Program-made: the position numbers and the translations under genes | Shown here: positions 40,101 through 48,473 of the stretch, one piece after another | How the letters are laid out: the number at the start of each line of letters is the position of its first letter | Numbering within the stretch: position 1 is the stretch's first letter | The notes under the pieces: generated by a model | Told to the model about the DNA's origin: nothing | The model's input: the letters and a program-made list of their open reading frames with translations, nothing else | Databases searched by the model: none | Source of the DNA: Ignavibacteria bacterium | GTDB taxonomy: Bacteria > Bacteroidota > Ignavibacteria > UBA10030 > F1-140-MAGs086 | Direction of reading: 5' to 3' | Assembly: GCA_016873775.1 (NCBI GenBank) | Contig: VGWC01000004.1 | Location: 1,830-65,829, forward strand | DNA: 64,000 nucleotides

Positions 40101-41595
40101 ATGGAATTTTACTACGATTATTGCTCCGCCAACAGTTCCGCAACTTGTTTCTCCGCAAAACAATGCTACCAATGTTTCGCTTGTAATAAATCTGCGATGG
40201 CGAAAAACAGAACGCACAGAAACGTATCGTCTTCAACTTTCCACCGATTCGCTATTTGAAACATTCGTTGTAGATGATTCCACCCTTGTTGATACTCTGC
40301 GAGAAGTCGGTCCGCTTGCTTATAACACTCGATATTTTTGGAGAGTTAGTGCGAAAAATTTCGGAGGAACAAGCGAGTTTTCAAACGTTCGAAGATTCTC
40401 AACTGTTATTTCTCCTCCTCCTGCACCAACATTACTTACACCGGAAAACGGCGCAACAAATCTTCCGCAATCAATTTTATTTACGTGGAATCTCGTTGGC
40501 GGAACTGGATTTGTTATTTACCATTTGCAACTTTCCATAGATTCGCTTTTTGCAACGTATGTTGTGAACGATTCGAATATTTTTGGAAATACACAGCTAC
40601 AAGTGAATGGTTTGCAAGGTTCGACACAGTATTATTGGCGTGTGAGAGCAAGAAACAATAGTGGTTACGGAGAATTTTCAACTGTTTGGAATTTTTCAAC
40701 CGCAACAATACCACCATTGCCACCAGTACTCTTGTTTCCATTCAACGGTTCGCAAAATATTCCGAGAGAAGTATTAGTACGATGGAGAAGTTCGCTCAAT
40801 GCAGAATTGTATCATTTACAAATTGCGTTGGATACTGCGTTTGAGAATTTTGTTGTCAATGATACAAGTATTGCTGATACGATGAAACTCGTTGGTCCAC
40901 TTCAATTTTTTACAAAACATTATTGGCGTGTTCGAGCAAAAAATAACACTGGATACGGCGATTGGTCGTTGCGAAGGAGTTTTACAACGCTCATTCAGGT
41001 TCCACAGCAAGTAATGTTACTCGCACCTGAACATAATGCCACAATCAGCAGCGATAGTATAATTTTCCGTTGGAATAAAAGTTTTCCAGAAGTTAATCAT
41101 TACGGCATTGTCATCGCGCTCGATACTGCTTTTGCAAATATCGTGTATGCGGATACATCGGTTCTCGATACACAGAAAGTTGTACGCGGGCTTATAAACG
41201 ACCGAAGATATTGGTGGAAAGTCAGCGCGCATAATATTACCGGTTGGGGACAATTTAGCGAGATACGGAAATTTACGCTGTTTATTTCCGGGGTAGCAGA
41301 ACTTGGCGGAATTCCCAAAGTATTTTCTCTTGAACAAAATTATCCAAATCCGTTCAATCCTTCAACGATTATCGAATTTCATTTACCACAACAAGGCTTT
41401 GTTACACTCAATGTATTTGATGTTCTTGGAAACAACATATCAACGCTGCTCCATCAGGAATTTTCGGCAGGAAATTTTGCATACGAATGGAATGCAAGTG
41501 ATGTTCCGAGCGGAATATATTTTTATCGCATAAGTGTTGCACATGAAAATCATTTGCAATATAGCAAGACGAATAAACTTATACTTCTAAAATAA
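37165..41595 (+). CDS. giant secreted protein: BNR/Asp-box beta-propeller region, eight tandem FN3-like domains, T9SS C-terminal sorting domain
   Basis: Signal peptide. About 16 repeats of the form ..G.ILRTTNGG.TW.. (Asp-box-like SxDxGxTW variants, Ycf48/sortilin-like propeller blades). Eight approx. 95 aa repeats (P....L.SPENNATN......W......Y.LQVA.DSLF......S.......L...TKYFWRV.A.N..G.SEFS..WNFTT). C-terminal NYPNPFNPSTIIEFHL...GIYFYRI, a Por secretion tail. Confidence 0.75.
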   Translation: MLKTSFFLIILFLLNNSFISAQQYWKWKNPYPQGNSFTAVYFINEEIGYGIGEFGVILRTTNGGAEWAQLSSGTVRTLRAVYFFDSDNGFVAGDSGTILRTTNAGDSWTMQNSTTFNTLRGISFATLSQGLIVGSSGTIVKTTDGGTTWNLLTSGITARLNSVAYINADTATAVGTAGGGGGTGTIIRTTNGGTTWALQTTILQSALNGVAFYNTNIGFIAGSNNRLLRTINGGTTWIRDTVQGSWNAIANIDSLTCVAVGQNGVIVKTTNGSTWNSQTSGVSNHLTGVSFKGNTIGTVVGSLGIVIRTSNGGDSWIQQSRTVTTSNLFGVFFVNRTIGFVGVRSGVMLKTTNGGDSWIQQSYTAPGIVSSVYFNDENIGTAVTDSGAIIRTNDGGNTWLLQQSNTTSVLNFVQFVNENTGVVVGSNSTILFTTNGGENWIPSVTGLNKTFRCASFVSENLCIVVGDTGTIIRTTNKGETWMNQHYSTSNFMRGVHFSNEQNGVVVGSFGMIIKTTDGGTTWSEPNSGTQNTLRAISFSDEENGTAVGENGTIVSTTNGGTSWSIIATPTINRLSGISMTSAATGTIVGNNGTILRTQSSVFPPDTPSLLSPENNATNQSITPLVNWNAVTGATSYRLQVAKDSLFANVVTDKSNIQGTLFELSSLNSFTKYFWRVRAKNNEGVSEFSDTWNFTTRQVAVPSVPTLISPENGAVNQEITLIATWNASDSAIVYRLQVAKDSLFETIVVDISEIENTSKEIGPLSSNTKYFWRVSAQNVGGSSEFSEKWNFTTKFIAPSNAPTLVSPENNATEISTKVVLVWNYSQGADNYGVQVATDSLFENLIVNDSTVTDTTKKVTLASLTTYYWRVDARNAGGNSAYSNIWSFTTVFVPIPSVPVLMYPQNNSVHQPRIIALEWEPSLNAETYLLQIATDSLFEVMVLEDSTIVETTKEVELLGITKYYWRVRAKNVGGISNFSDVWNFTTIIAPPTVPQLVSPQNNATNVSLVINLRWRKTERTETYRLQLSTDSLFETFVVDDSTLVDTLREVGPLAYNTRYFWRVSAKNFGGTSEFSNVRRFSTVISPPPAPTLLTPENGATNLPQSILFTWNLVGGTGFVIYHLQLSIDSLFATYVVNDSNIFGNTQLQVNGLQGSTQYYWRVRARNNSGYGEFSTVWNFSTATIPPLPPVLLFPFNGSQNIPREVLVRWRSSLNAELYHLQIALDTAFENFVVNDTSIADTMKLVGPLQFFTKHYWRVRAKNNTGYGDWSLRRSFTTLIQVPQQVMLLAPEHNATISSDSIIFRWNKSFPEVNHYGIVIALDTAFANIVYADTSVLDTQKVVRGLINDRRYWWKVSAHNITGWGQFSEIRKFTLFISGVAELGGIPKVFSLEQNYPNPFNPSTIIEFHLPQQGFVTLNVFDVLGNNISTLLHQEFSAGNFAYEWNASDVPSGIYFYRISVAHENHLQYSKTNKLILLK
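38971..41283 (+). repeat. eight tandem approx. 285-290 nt repeats encoding the FN3-like domains of the giant protein
   Basis: Protein-level repeats start at PPDTPSLLSPENNATNQ... and end at ...IRKFTLFIS. Each unit carries the conserved YRLQVA.DSLF and YFWRV.A.N motifs. Confidence 0.7.
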
Positions 41596-41623
41596 AGAGG
41601 AAATACAAAATCAGTTTGATAGA

Positions 41624-41661
41624 AAATCCCACTACTGAAAATGTGTGTGGGATTTTTTTTA
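41624..41661 (+). terminator. rho-independent terminator after the giant gene
   Basis: Hairpin AAATCCCAC-(14 nt loop)-GTGGGATTT followed by TTTTTTTT. Confidence 0.55.
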
Positions 41662-41978
41662 CGGAGAAAAAGGATAGAAAAAAAATAGTAAAAGAAGTCT
41701 TTACAAAAGATAGAGTGAAGTTGTTGAGAGGAGATTGCTTCGCATCGCTCATAATAACCGTTTCTATTTTAGGACTTTGCAAAACATTTTACAAACGAGT
41801 GATTCTTTTAAATTTCTGCAAGAATATTTTTCAAAGAAAATTTTCTTCTTATTTTCACGAACAAATTTTCAATGGATATTGTTTCTGAAATAATTTCTGC
41901 GCTTGAATCGGAAGAAACAATAATTCTTGCAACAATTATTTCGCTTCCGGTTCTACTCCTGCGTCGTCTTGTTCCAAA

Positions 41979-42986
41979 ATGTTGGTTAAGCAAAACGGAA
42001 ATTCTTCTCTTGGCACAATCGGAGGCGGATGTATGGAAGGAGAAGTTCTATTGCATGCGCAGCGATTGTTCGAAACAAACAAAGCAGAAATTCTAACCTT
42101 TCACTTAAACGAAGATGACATTGAGCATGGTTTGATATGCGGAGGAAGTTTGGATGTATTTCTCGAACCGATTTCGTGCAAACAAATTATTCTTTTCAAA
42201 AAAATTCTTTCAATGCAAAATAATGGAAATGATTGTATCCTTGCAACATTGCTTTCTAACGAAGGGAAAATTATTTTCAAAAACATTGTTCCAAACTCTT
42301 CGGGAAGTAGTAACGTATTGGAGAAATGGAGAAGCGAATTAGCACTATTCAGTGTTCCGACACCGCATTCATTGAAAAAAGAAATTGAAAAAGTATTTCG
42401 TAGAAACGAAACACACAGAATAAAAACAGAAACCGGCGAATGGATTCTTGAGCCGATTCAGGGAACGCCGCAACTAATTATTTTTGGCGGAGGACACGTA
42501 TCAAAATATATTTCAAAAACTGCGGCGATGTGTGGGTTCCATGTTTCCATCATTGATGACAGAGAAAAATTTGCGAACGTTGAGCGATTTCCCGAAGCGA
42601 AAAAAGTATTCACATTAGACTTTGAGAACGGTTTTAAAAAAATTGCAGTTAAAAAATCATCATACATTGTTATCGTAACACGCGGACATCAATACGATGA
42701 AACCGTATTGGAGCAAGCGTTAAAAACGAACGTTTCGTATGTTGGAATGATAGGAAGTAAACGTAAAGTGCTTGTGACGTTCGAGCATTTACTTTCCAAA
42801 GGGATTTCACTTGAACAATTGAAACGTGTTTACTCGCCGATAGGAATTGAAATCGGCGCAACTACAGTAGAAGAAATTGCCGTTAGTGTTGTTGCAGAAT
42901 TAATTCGTGTTCGTAAAGGGAAGCGTTTTCCGCTTCAACATAAATTGCAAATGATGGAAGATACGTTTGTGCATTTACAAAAATAA
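41979..42986 (+). CDS. xdhC: XdhC/CoxI-family molybdenum-enzyme maturation factor (N-terminus probably frameshifted, see findings)
   Basis: Contains ...SSLGTIGGGCMEGEVL... and the Rossmann-like C-terminal domain (LIIFGGGHVSKYISKTAAMCGFHVSIIDDREKFA). The ORF 41872..42096 in another frame encodes what looks like the true N-terminus (MDIVSEIISALESEETIILATIIS). Confidence 0.7.
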   Translation: MLVKQNGNSSLGTIGGGCMEGEVLLHAQRLFETNKAEILTFHLNEDDIEHGLICGGSLDVFLEPISCKQIILFKKILSMQNNGNDCILATLLSNEGKIIFKNIVPNSSGSSNVLEKWRSELALFSVPTPHSLKKEIEKVFRRNETHRIKTETGEWILEPIQGTPQLIIFGGGHVSKYISKTAAMCGFHVSIIDDREKFANVERFPEAKKVFTLDFENGFKKIAVKKSSYIVIVTRGHQYDETVLEQALKTNVSYVGMIGSKRKVLVTFEHLLSKGISLEQLKRVYSPIGIEIGATTVEEIAVSVVAELIRVRKGKRFPLQHKLQMMEDTFVHLQK

Positions 42987-42994
42987 ACCTTGCA

Positions 42995-43600
42995 ATGAAC
43001 GTTGCGGCAATTATTCTTTCTGCAGGAACATCACGACGAATGGGACAACCGAAAGCATTGATGAAATTGAATGGAAAAACATTTCTTCAGCAAATCATAG
43101 ATGTACTTTCCGCAACTTCAATTTCTAATATCACTGTAGTATTGGGAAGTTCTGCTCAACAAATATGCGCATCGCTTGGTGATTTTTGCGGGAAAATAAT
43201 TATCAACGAACATTGGCAGCAAGGTCAACTTAGTTCCGTTATTGCGGGAATTGATTCTCTCGGTGAAAATTTTGTTGATGCGATAATGCTTTGTCCCGTT
43301 GACCATCCGTTGATTTCTGAAAATGTTATACAAGAATTATTGTGTGCATTCGAGACGACGAAGAAAAAAATTATTCTTCCAAAATATTGCGGACGTCGTG
43401 GACATCCTATAATTTTTTCGCGCGATATATTTTCGGAAATAAGAAACGCACCAACAGAAATTGGCGCACGTTCCGTTCTCCACAAATTTCCGAATGAGAT
43501 TTGCGAAGTTCAGACAAACGAAGAATGTGTACTAGCCAACATTGATACAAGAGAAGATTACGAAAAGTATATTGCAAACACACACAATGCTGAATTTTGA
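42995..43600 (+). CDS. mocA: MobA-like NTP transferase (molybdenum cofactor cytidylyl/guanylyl-transferase, MocA-type)
   Basis: MNVAAIILSAGTSRRMGQPKALMKLNGKTFLQ is the MobA-like NTP-transferase N-terminal motif. 201 aa. Confidence 0.7.
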   Translation: MNVAAIILSAGTSRRMGQPKALMKLNGKTFLQQIIDVLSATSISNITVVLGSSAQQICASLGDFCGKIIINEHWQQGQLSSVIAGIDSLGENFVDAIMLCPVDHPLISENVIQELLCAFETTKKKIILPKYCGRRGHPIIFSRDIFSEIRNAPTEIGARSVLHKFPNEICEVQTNEECVLANIDTREDYEKYIANTHNAEF

Positions 43601-44789
43601 AGAAGCAAAAAAAACAATACTTAATTTAGTGCATCCTTTTGGAATAGTTACACTTCCATTCAACGAAGCGCGAAATTATTTTCTTGCCGAAGATATTGCA
43701 GCAGAAGAGAATGTTCCTGCGTTTGATAACAGTGCAATGGATGGATTTGCTGTTCATTCGGAAGATGTAAAAAATGTTCCAATTGAAATGAAAATTTCTG
43801 GTGAAGTTTCAGCCGGGAATGTGTCTGAAATTGAATTGAATCGCGGTGAAGCTATTGCAATTTTTACTGGCGCAAGAATTCCTCAAGGATGCGATGCGGT
43901 TGTTCAGCAGGAATGGACTGAAAAAATTGACGAATTATATGTAAGGATTTTACAAACCGTGAAGCCGCGACAAAATATTCGTTTCGTTGCGGAAGATATA
44001 ACGAAAGGTGAAATTATTTTGCATCATGGACAGCGAATAAATGCAGTTGAAATCGGTGTGCTTGCTTCTTTGGGTAAAAAAAATGTGTGTGTGCATCGTT
44101 CACTTCGTTGTGCAATTCTTTCAACGGGAAATGAATTGATAAATATTGATGAAGAAATACATGACGGGAAAATTCGCAATAGTAACGAATGTGTTTTGGA
44201 AGCGATGCTTCGAGAACACCAATGTGAAGTTGTAAATTTAGGAATTGCAAAAGATAACATTGAAGAGTTGCGAACAAAAATTTCCGAAGGATTGAAACAC
44301 GATGTATTTATTACGAGCGGAGGAGTTTCTGTTGGGAAATATGATTTCGTAGCGGAAGCATTACGACAACTTGGAGTTGAAATATTCTTTTCCGGTGTAA
44401 ATATAAAACCCGGTAAACCATTTCTCTTTGGCTTATACAATTCAAATCCAGTGTTTGGACTTCCGGGAAATCCTGTTTCGGCAATGATGACGTTTTTGCA
44501 ATTTGTAAAACCAGCATTGTTGAAAATGCAGGGTTCGTTAATTTCAAAACTCGAATCGCATTATACGTTGAGTGCAGTAATGGAAAACGAATACAGAAAA
44601 AATGATTTCAAACGTCATTTTGTACGAGGAGTTGTTCAGCAAAAGAATGGAAAATATTTTGTTCGCACATTAGAAAATCAATCATCAAACTCAATATCAT
44701 CAATGGCAAGAGCAAATTGTATTATTATTGTTCCAGAAGAAACACAACGAATTTGTATCGGGAGTACAGTGGAAATAGAAATGTTATGA
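43587..44789 (+). CDS. moeA: molybdopterin molybdotransferase
   Basis: The ORF is open from 43542. The Met at 43587 (MLNFEEAKKTILNLVHP) matches the MoeA N-terminus. Conserved ...FDNSAMDGFAV... and GGVSVGKYD motifs. Confidence 0.85.
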   Translation: MLNFEEAKKTILNLVHPFGIVTLPFNEARNYFLAEDIAAEENVPAFDNSAMDGFAVHSEDVKNVPIEMKISGEVSAGNVSEIELNRGEAIAIFTGARIPQGCDAVVQQEWTEKIDELYVRILQTVKPRQNIRFVAEDITKGEIILHHGQRINAVEIGVLASLGKKNVCVHRSLRCAILSTGNELINIDEEIHDGKIRNSNECVLEAMLREHQCEVVNLGIAKDNIEELRTKISEGLKHDVFITSGGVSVGKYDFVAEALRQLGVEIFFSGVNIKPGKPFLFGLYNSNPVFGLPGNPVSAMMTFLQFVKPALLKMQGSLISKLESHYTLSAVMENEYRKNDFKRHFVRGVVQQKNGKYFVRTLENQSSNSISSMARANCIIIVPEETQRICIGSTVEIEML

Positions 44790-45034
44790 TTACTGTAAAA
44801 GTAAAATTGTTTGCGATGATTCGCGACTTGTTCTGTGCAGATGAAATGCAATTTTCCATCGAAGAAAAAACATCAGTGGAAAAAATTTTGGAACTATTGA
44901 GTGAAAAAAATAATCGTATTGAAGAATGGAAACCATTTCTCCGAATTGCAGTGAATTGTGAATACGTTACTTTTGATTGTTTGTTACGCAATAACGATGA
45001 AGTTGCAATTATTCCCCCCGTGAGCGGTGGATAA
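44786..45034 (+). CDS. moaD: molybdopterin synthase sulfur-carrier subunit (MoaD/ThiS fold)
   Basis: 82 aa from MITVKVKLFAMIRDLF... ending ...IIPPVSGG* (C-terminal Gly-Gly). The ATG overlaps the moeA stop (ATGA). Confidence 0.75.
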   Translation: MITVKVKLFAMIRDLFCADEMQFSIEEKTSVEKILELLSEKNNRIEEWKPFLRIAVNCEYVTFDCLLRNNDEVAIIPPVSGG

Positions 45035-45039
45035 GTATA

Positions 45040-45465
45040 TTGAAGATTGTAGCGATGATAGAAATTGTTGAAAGAAAAATTGATGTGCACGCCGTTATCA
45101 GAAGTGTAGAAGATGATTCAGCAGGAGCGATTGATGTATTTATCGGCTCAACGCGAAATATTTCCGATGGGAAAAATGTGTTGTTTCTGGAATATGAAGC
45201 ATACGTTTCGATGGCGAAAAAAATGATGGAAGAAATTTCCGCCGCAATATTTGCGAAGTGGGATGTAAAAAAAATATCTCTTGTTCATCGCATCGGAAAA
45301 GTGCCGATTGGTGATGCAAGTGTTGTACTCGCCGTTTCTTCTGCGCATCGGAGCGAAGCATTTGAAGCATGCAGGTACGCAATTGATATGTTGAAAAAAA
45401 ATGTTCCGATTTGGAAAAAAGAGTTTTTTGACAACGGTGAAATTTGGGTGGATGGAAATAATTAG
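45040..45465 (+). CDS. moaE: molybdopterin synthase catalytic subunit
   Basis: 141 aa with ...GAIDVFIGSTRN...HRIGKVPIGDASVVLAVSSAHR..., matching the MoaE family. Confidence 0.8.
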   Translation: MKIVAMIEIVERKIDVHAVIRSVEDDSAGAIDVFIGSTRNISDGKNVLFLEYEAYVSMAKKMMEEISAAIFAKWDVKKISLVHRIGKVPIGDASVVLAVSSAHRSEAFEACRYAIDMLKKNVPIWKKEFFDNGEIWVDGNN

Positions 45466-45514
45466 AACAGAATAATTTGAACGTGGTAGTTAAAGATAAC
45501 AATAGGTAATTATT

Positions 45515-46429
45515 ATGCGCGATGTTTCTTCAAAGTCAAATTCATTACGAACGGCAAAGGCGACTGCGACGCTGAATATTTCTATATCAACAGCGGAAGC
45601 AATACAAAACGGAAATGTTCCGAAAGCAAATCCGATTGAAGTTGCGCGCGTTGCGGGAATTCAGGCGGCGAAAAATACGAGTGTAATTATTCCCTATTGT
45701 CATCAGGTTCCGCTTGACAATGTTCAAATAGATATTATTGTAGATACGAATTCAATTTCAATTTTCTCCGAAGTGAAAGCAATATGGAAAACTGGGGTGG
45801 AAATGGAAGCGTTATGTGCGGTATCGGCAACGGCATTAACATTGTACGATATGCTGAAACCTATTGACGAAACAATGGAAATTGTATCCATTCAATTGTT
45901 GGATAAGAAAGGCGGAAAATCCAACATCAGTGAACACGGCGAAGGATTATCTGCGGCAGTAATTGTGCTGAGTGATTCTGTGCGCGAAGGATTGAAAGAA
46001 GATGTTTCGGGAAAGATACTTGTCGAGAAACTTCAGCAGCACAAGTTGAGAGTTGCACATTACATTATTTTACCCGATGAAAAAAAGGAAATCGAAAATG
46101 AACTGAAGCGACTTTCTGATTCAGAAAAAATTGACGTTGTAATTACTACCGGCGGAACGGGAATTTCAACTCGTGATGTTACTCCTGAAGCAACACTTTC
46201 TGTCATTGAACAACGATTGGTGGGAATGGAGGAAACGTTGCGAAGTTACGGACAACAGCGATATTACTTTGCTATGTTTTCACGCTGTGTTGTTGGAAAA
46301 CGAGGAACAACGCTCATCATAAATCTTCCCGGTTCAACACAAAGTGTGGAAGATGGTATCCATGCGTTGTTTCCGCATGTGTTTCATTTTTTTCGAATGA
46401 TAAAAAACGAACGTCACGACAATAACTGA
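45515..46429 (+). CDS. moaC: bifunctional cyclic pyranopterin monophosphate synthase MoaC fused to a MogA/MoaB-type domain
   Basis: N-terminal half ...VARVAGIQAAKNTS.IIPYCHQVPL...GVEMEALCAVSATALTLYDM (MoaC). C-terminal half ...AAVIVLSDSVREG...VVITTGGTGISTRDVTPEA (MogA/MoaB fold). Confidence 0.8.
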   Translation: MRDVSSKSNSLRTAKATATLNISISTAEAIQNGNVPKANPIEVARVAGIQAAKNTSVIIPYCHQVPLDNVQIDIIVDTNSISIFSEVKAIWKTGVEMEALCAVSATALTLYDMLKPIDETMEIVSIQLLDKKGGKSNISEHGEGLSAAVIVLSDSVREGLKEDVSGKILVEKLQQHKLRVAHYIILPDEKKEIENELKRLSDSEKIDVVITTGGTGISTRDVTPEATLSVIEQRLVGMEETLRSYGQQRYYFAMFSRCVVGKRGTTLIINLPGSTQSVEDGIHALFPHVFHFFRMIKNERHDNN

Positions 46430-47276
46430 TTTGAGAAGTGATATCAAAAACTCCCATTACCAACAACGCACTGTTTCGCAAAATGTTGAGATAAAATTTT
46501 GCAGGTGTTACGTTTGTAATTATTTGTAATCACCACGGCATACTGCGAATCGGAAACATAAATCCCGAAAGCAAAATTATCTGGAGCATCGAAAGCAGCG
46601 ACGCGAGTTGAAATGCGACTTGCTGCGAATCCGAAATTGCCGAAACCCAAAGCCCGATGCTCAATGCTGCAATAATGAAAACGAGTGTTGTAAAAAAAAG
46701 TAATAGCAAACTTCATTGCTTCACATCGAAATTGATATGGTCAACAGAAAAAAAATTGCAGAAGCATTTGATGAGGTTGTGAACGTGGATAGCGTGTTCG
46801 TGCATTGCCTTTTAAAAACTTTGCAATTAAAATATTTTGCTTCTCATTCTTAAATCGGAAAGAGTTACTGCGCTTTCGATTGAATCATCGGGAACAAGTA
46901 AGTATTCCCATTTTTGATTGGAATGAGAGGAAACTACTTTACACCATTCTATTGTTTATTTTGCTTTTATATTCGCATTAGAGTATTCATTATCAAACTC
47001 TCCACGCTCCTTTACTTCGATGAGAGAAATTGTGTTGTTGGAAATAAAAATGAAATCTGGAAAATGTTTTCCTGCGAGAGTATTGATAGAAAATTGACTT
47101 GAAGGGTTTCGCATCAATAATTCACAACTCTCTCTATCAAGGATTTTTGCAACAAGAAGTTCCGGCGTACTGTTAAATCGTATTTCTCTGTATAAACTTT
47201 TTTTCCATCCAACTGCGAGTCTTTTTTCATCGCGTTTCCATACATCGAGTTTATCTTGTTCTACAAATTTTTCATC

Positions 47277-47948
47277 CTATGGAACACTATAAATCACTGG
47301 TGTAAATGTAAATGATTCTGTTTCTTCGGGAAGCACCGTAAGGATGGAAGCGGATTTTTTCATTGCCTCCTCAAGTTGAATTTTTATTTCTTCAGAAATT
47401 GTATCTCCAACCGCTTCACAAACCTTTCGTATTTCCTCCTCTGTTTTTGCATTCAATAGATTAAAGAATTCACGAAATACACGCTCTGATTCAGGTATTT
47501 CACCACCAACTTCACTTATTTCTTTTGTCAATAAAATTGCATTCACGGCGTTTGATATATTCACATACAGCGTTTCGTTTTCCTCAAAGTATATATCTCC
47601 GTTCACAACAACAGAAACGGTTTTTATTGTATCCCCGCTGTAAAATGTGAGTGAGCCGTTCGTTGAAATATAATCTGTTCCAAAAATTACAGTTCCATTT
47701 GCGGAAGCATAATTTACTGTAACGGTTTGTCCGCTTGCAGGAAGTAGTTTTACCGTAAACGTTGCAGAAGGAGAACCACTGTTGCCTTCAAAAACACTTA
47801 TATCTGCGATTGAAAGAGAACTTGTTTTTGAAGATGAGAGAGAATTACTTGCAGTATTTACACGTTGCGCATTCACTTTAAAGTGGAACAAAATGCAAAT
47901 GAAAAGGATAAAAAAAGTAAGAAATGATTTTGAAAAAATGGGCTTCAT
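47277..47948 (-). CDS. secreted Calx-beta domain protein
   Basis: Signal peptide MKPIFSKSFLTFFILFICILFHFKVNAQ. Central FEGNSGSPSATFTVKLLPASGQTVTVNYASANGTVIFGTDYISTNGSLTFYSGDTIKTVSVVVNGDIYFEENETLYVNISNAV matches the Calx-beta motif (DY......L.F..G.....V.V.I..D...E..E). Confidence 0.6.
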   Translation of the reverse strand: MKPIFSKSFLTFFILFICILFHFKVNAQRVNTASNSLSSSKTSSLSIADISVFEGNSGSPSATFTVKLLPASGQTVTVNYASANGTVIFGTDYISTNGSLTFYSGDTIKTVSVVVNGDIYFEENETLYVNISNAVNAILLTKEISEVGGEIPESERVFREFFNLLNAKTEEEIRKVCEAVGDTISEEIKIQLEEAMKKSASILTVLPEETESFTFTPVIYSVP

Positions 47949-48167
47949 ACAATTACCTCGAGTTAATAACAAATTATGAATATTACATTTATTAGTGCTG
48001 AAAATTTTCGCGCTTAATATAAATAAAACTTATGCAATTTCTCAATGCTTCAAAAAATATTATTTTTTTCATAGAACTGATTACGAATTTTCAAACAATT
48101 TATTTCTACACACTTTTCCCGCACAACAAATTTTTCCTATCTTTTGCCCAATATTTTTTTAAAAACA

Positions 48168-48473
48168 GTGAATATTTCTAAAGCAGATTTAGTTACCCGC
48201 GTCGCCAACGGTACCGGAGTTACAAAATTAGAAACCGAAGCGATCGTTGACGGTTTTTTAGAATCAATCAAGGATACACTGATAGACGGAAGCAATATTG
48301 AAATCCGCGGATTCGGAAGTTTTAAAGTCGTACTGCGTAAACCGCGTGTTGGTCGCAATCCAAAAACGGGTATCAAAGTTCCCATTGATGAACAATTTAC
48401 TCCGTTTTTTAAAGTGTCAAAAGATTTTAAAACTGCAGTCAATGCAAATTTGAAAAAGAAAGTAAGCCGTTGA
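48168..48473 (+). CDS. HU/IHF-family nucleoid-associated DNA-binding protein
   Basis: The ORF is open from 48144. A GTG at 48168 gives (M)NISKADLVTRVANGTG... The ...GFGSFKVVLRKPRVGRNPKTGIKVPI... segment is the HU/IHF DNA-binding arm. Confidence 0.75.
   Translation: MNISKADLVTRVANGTGVTKLETEAIVDGFLESIKDTLIDGSNIEIRGFGSFKVVLRKPRVGRNPKTGIKVPIDEQFTPFFKVSKDFKTAVNANLKKKVSR

Noticed and set aside
46444-46716. 90 aa ORF (-) downstream of the Moco cluster
   Set aside because: No signal, motif or partner gene, and it lies in a region that otherwise looks non-coding. Too weak to call as a gene.
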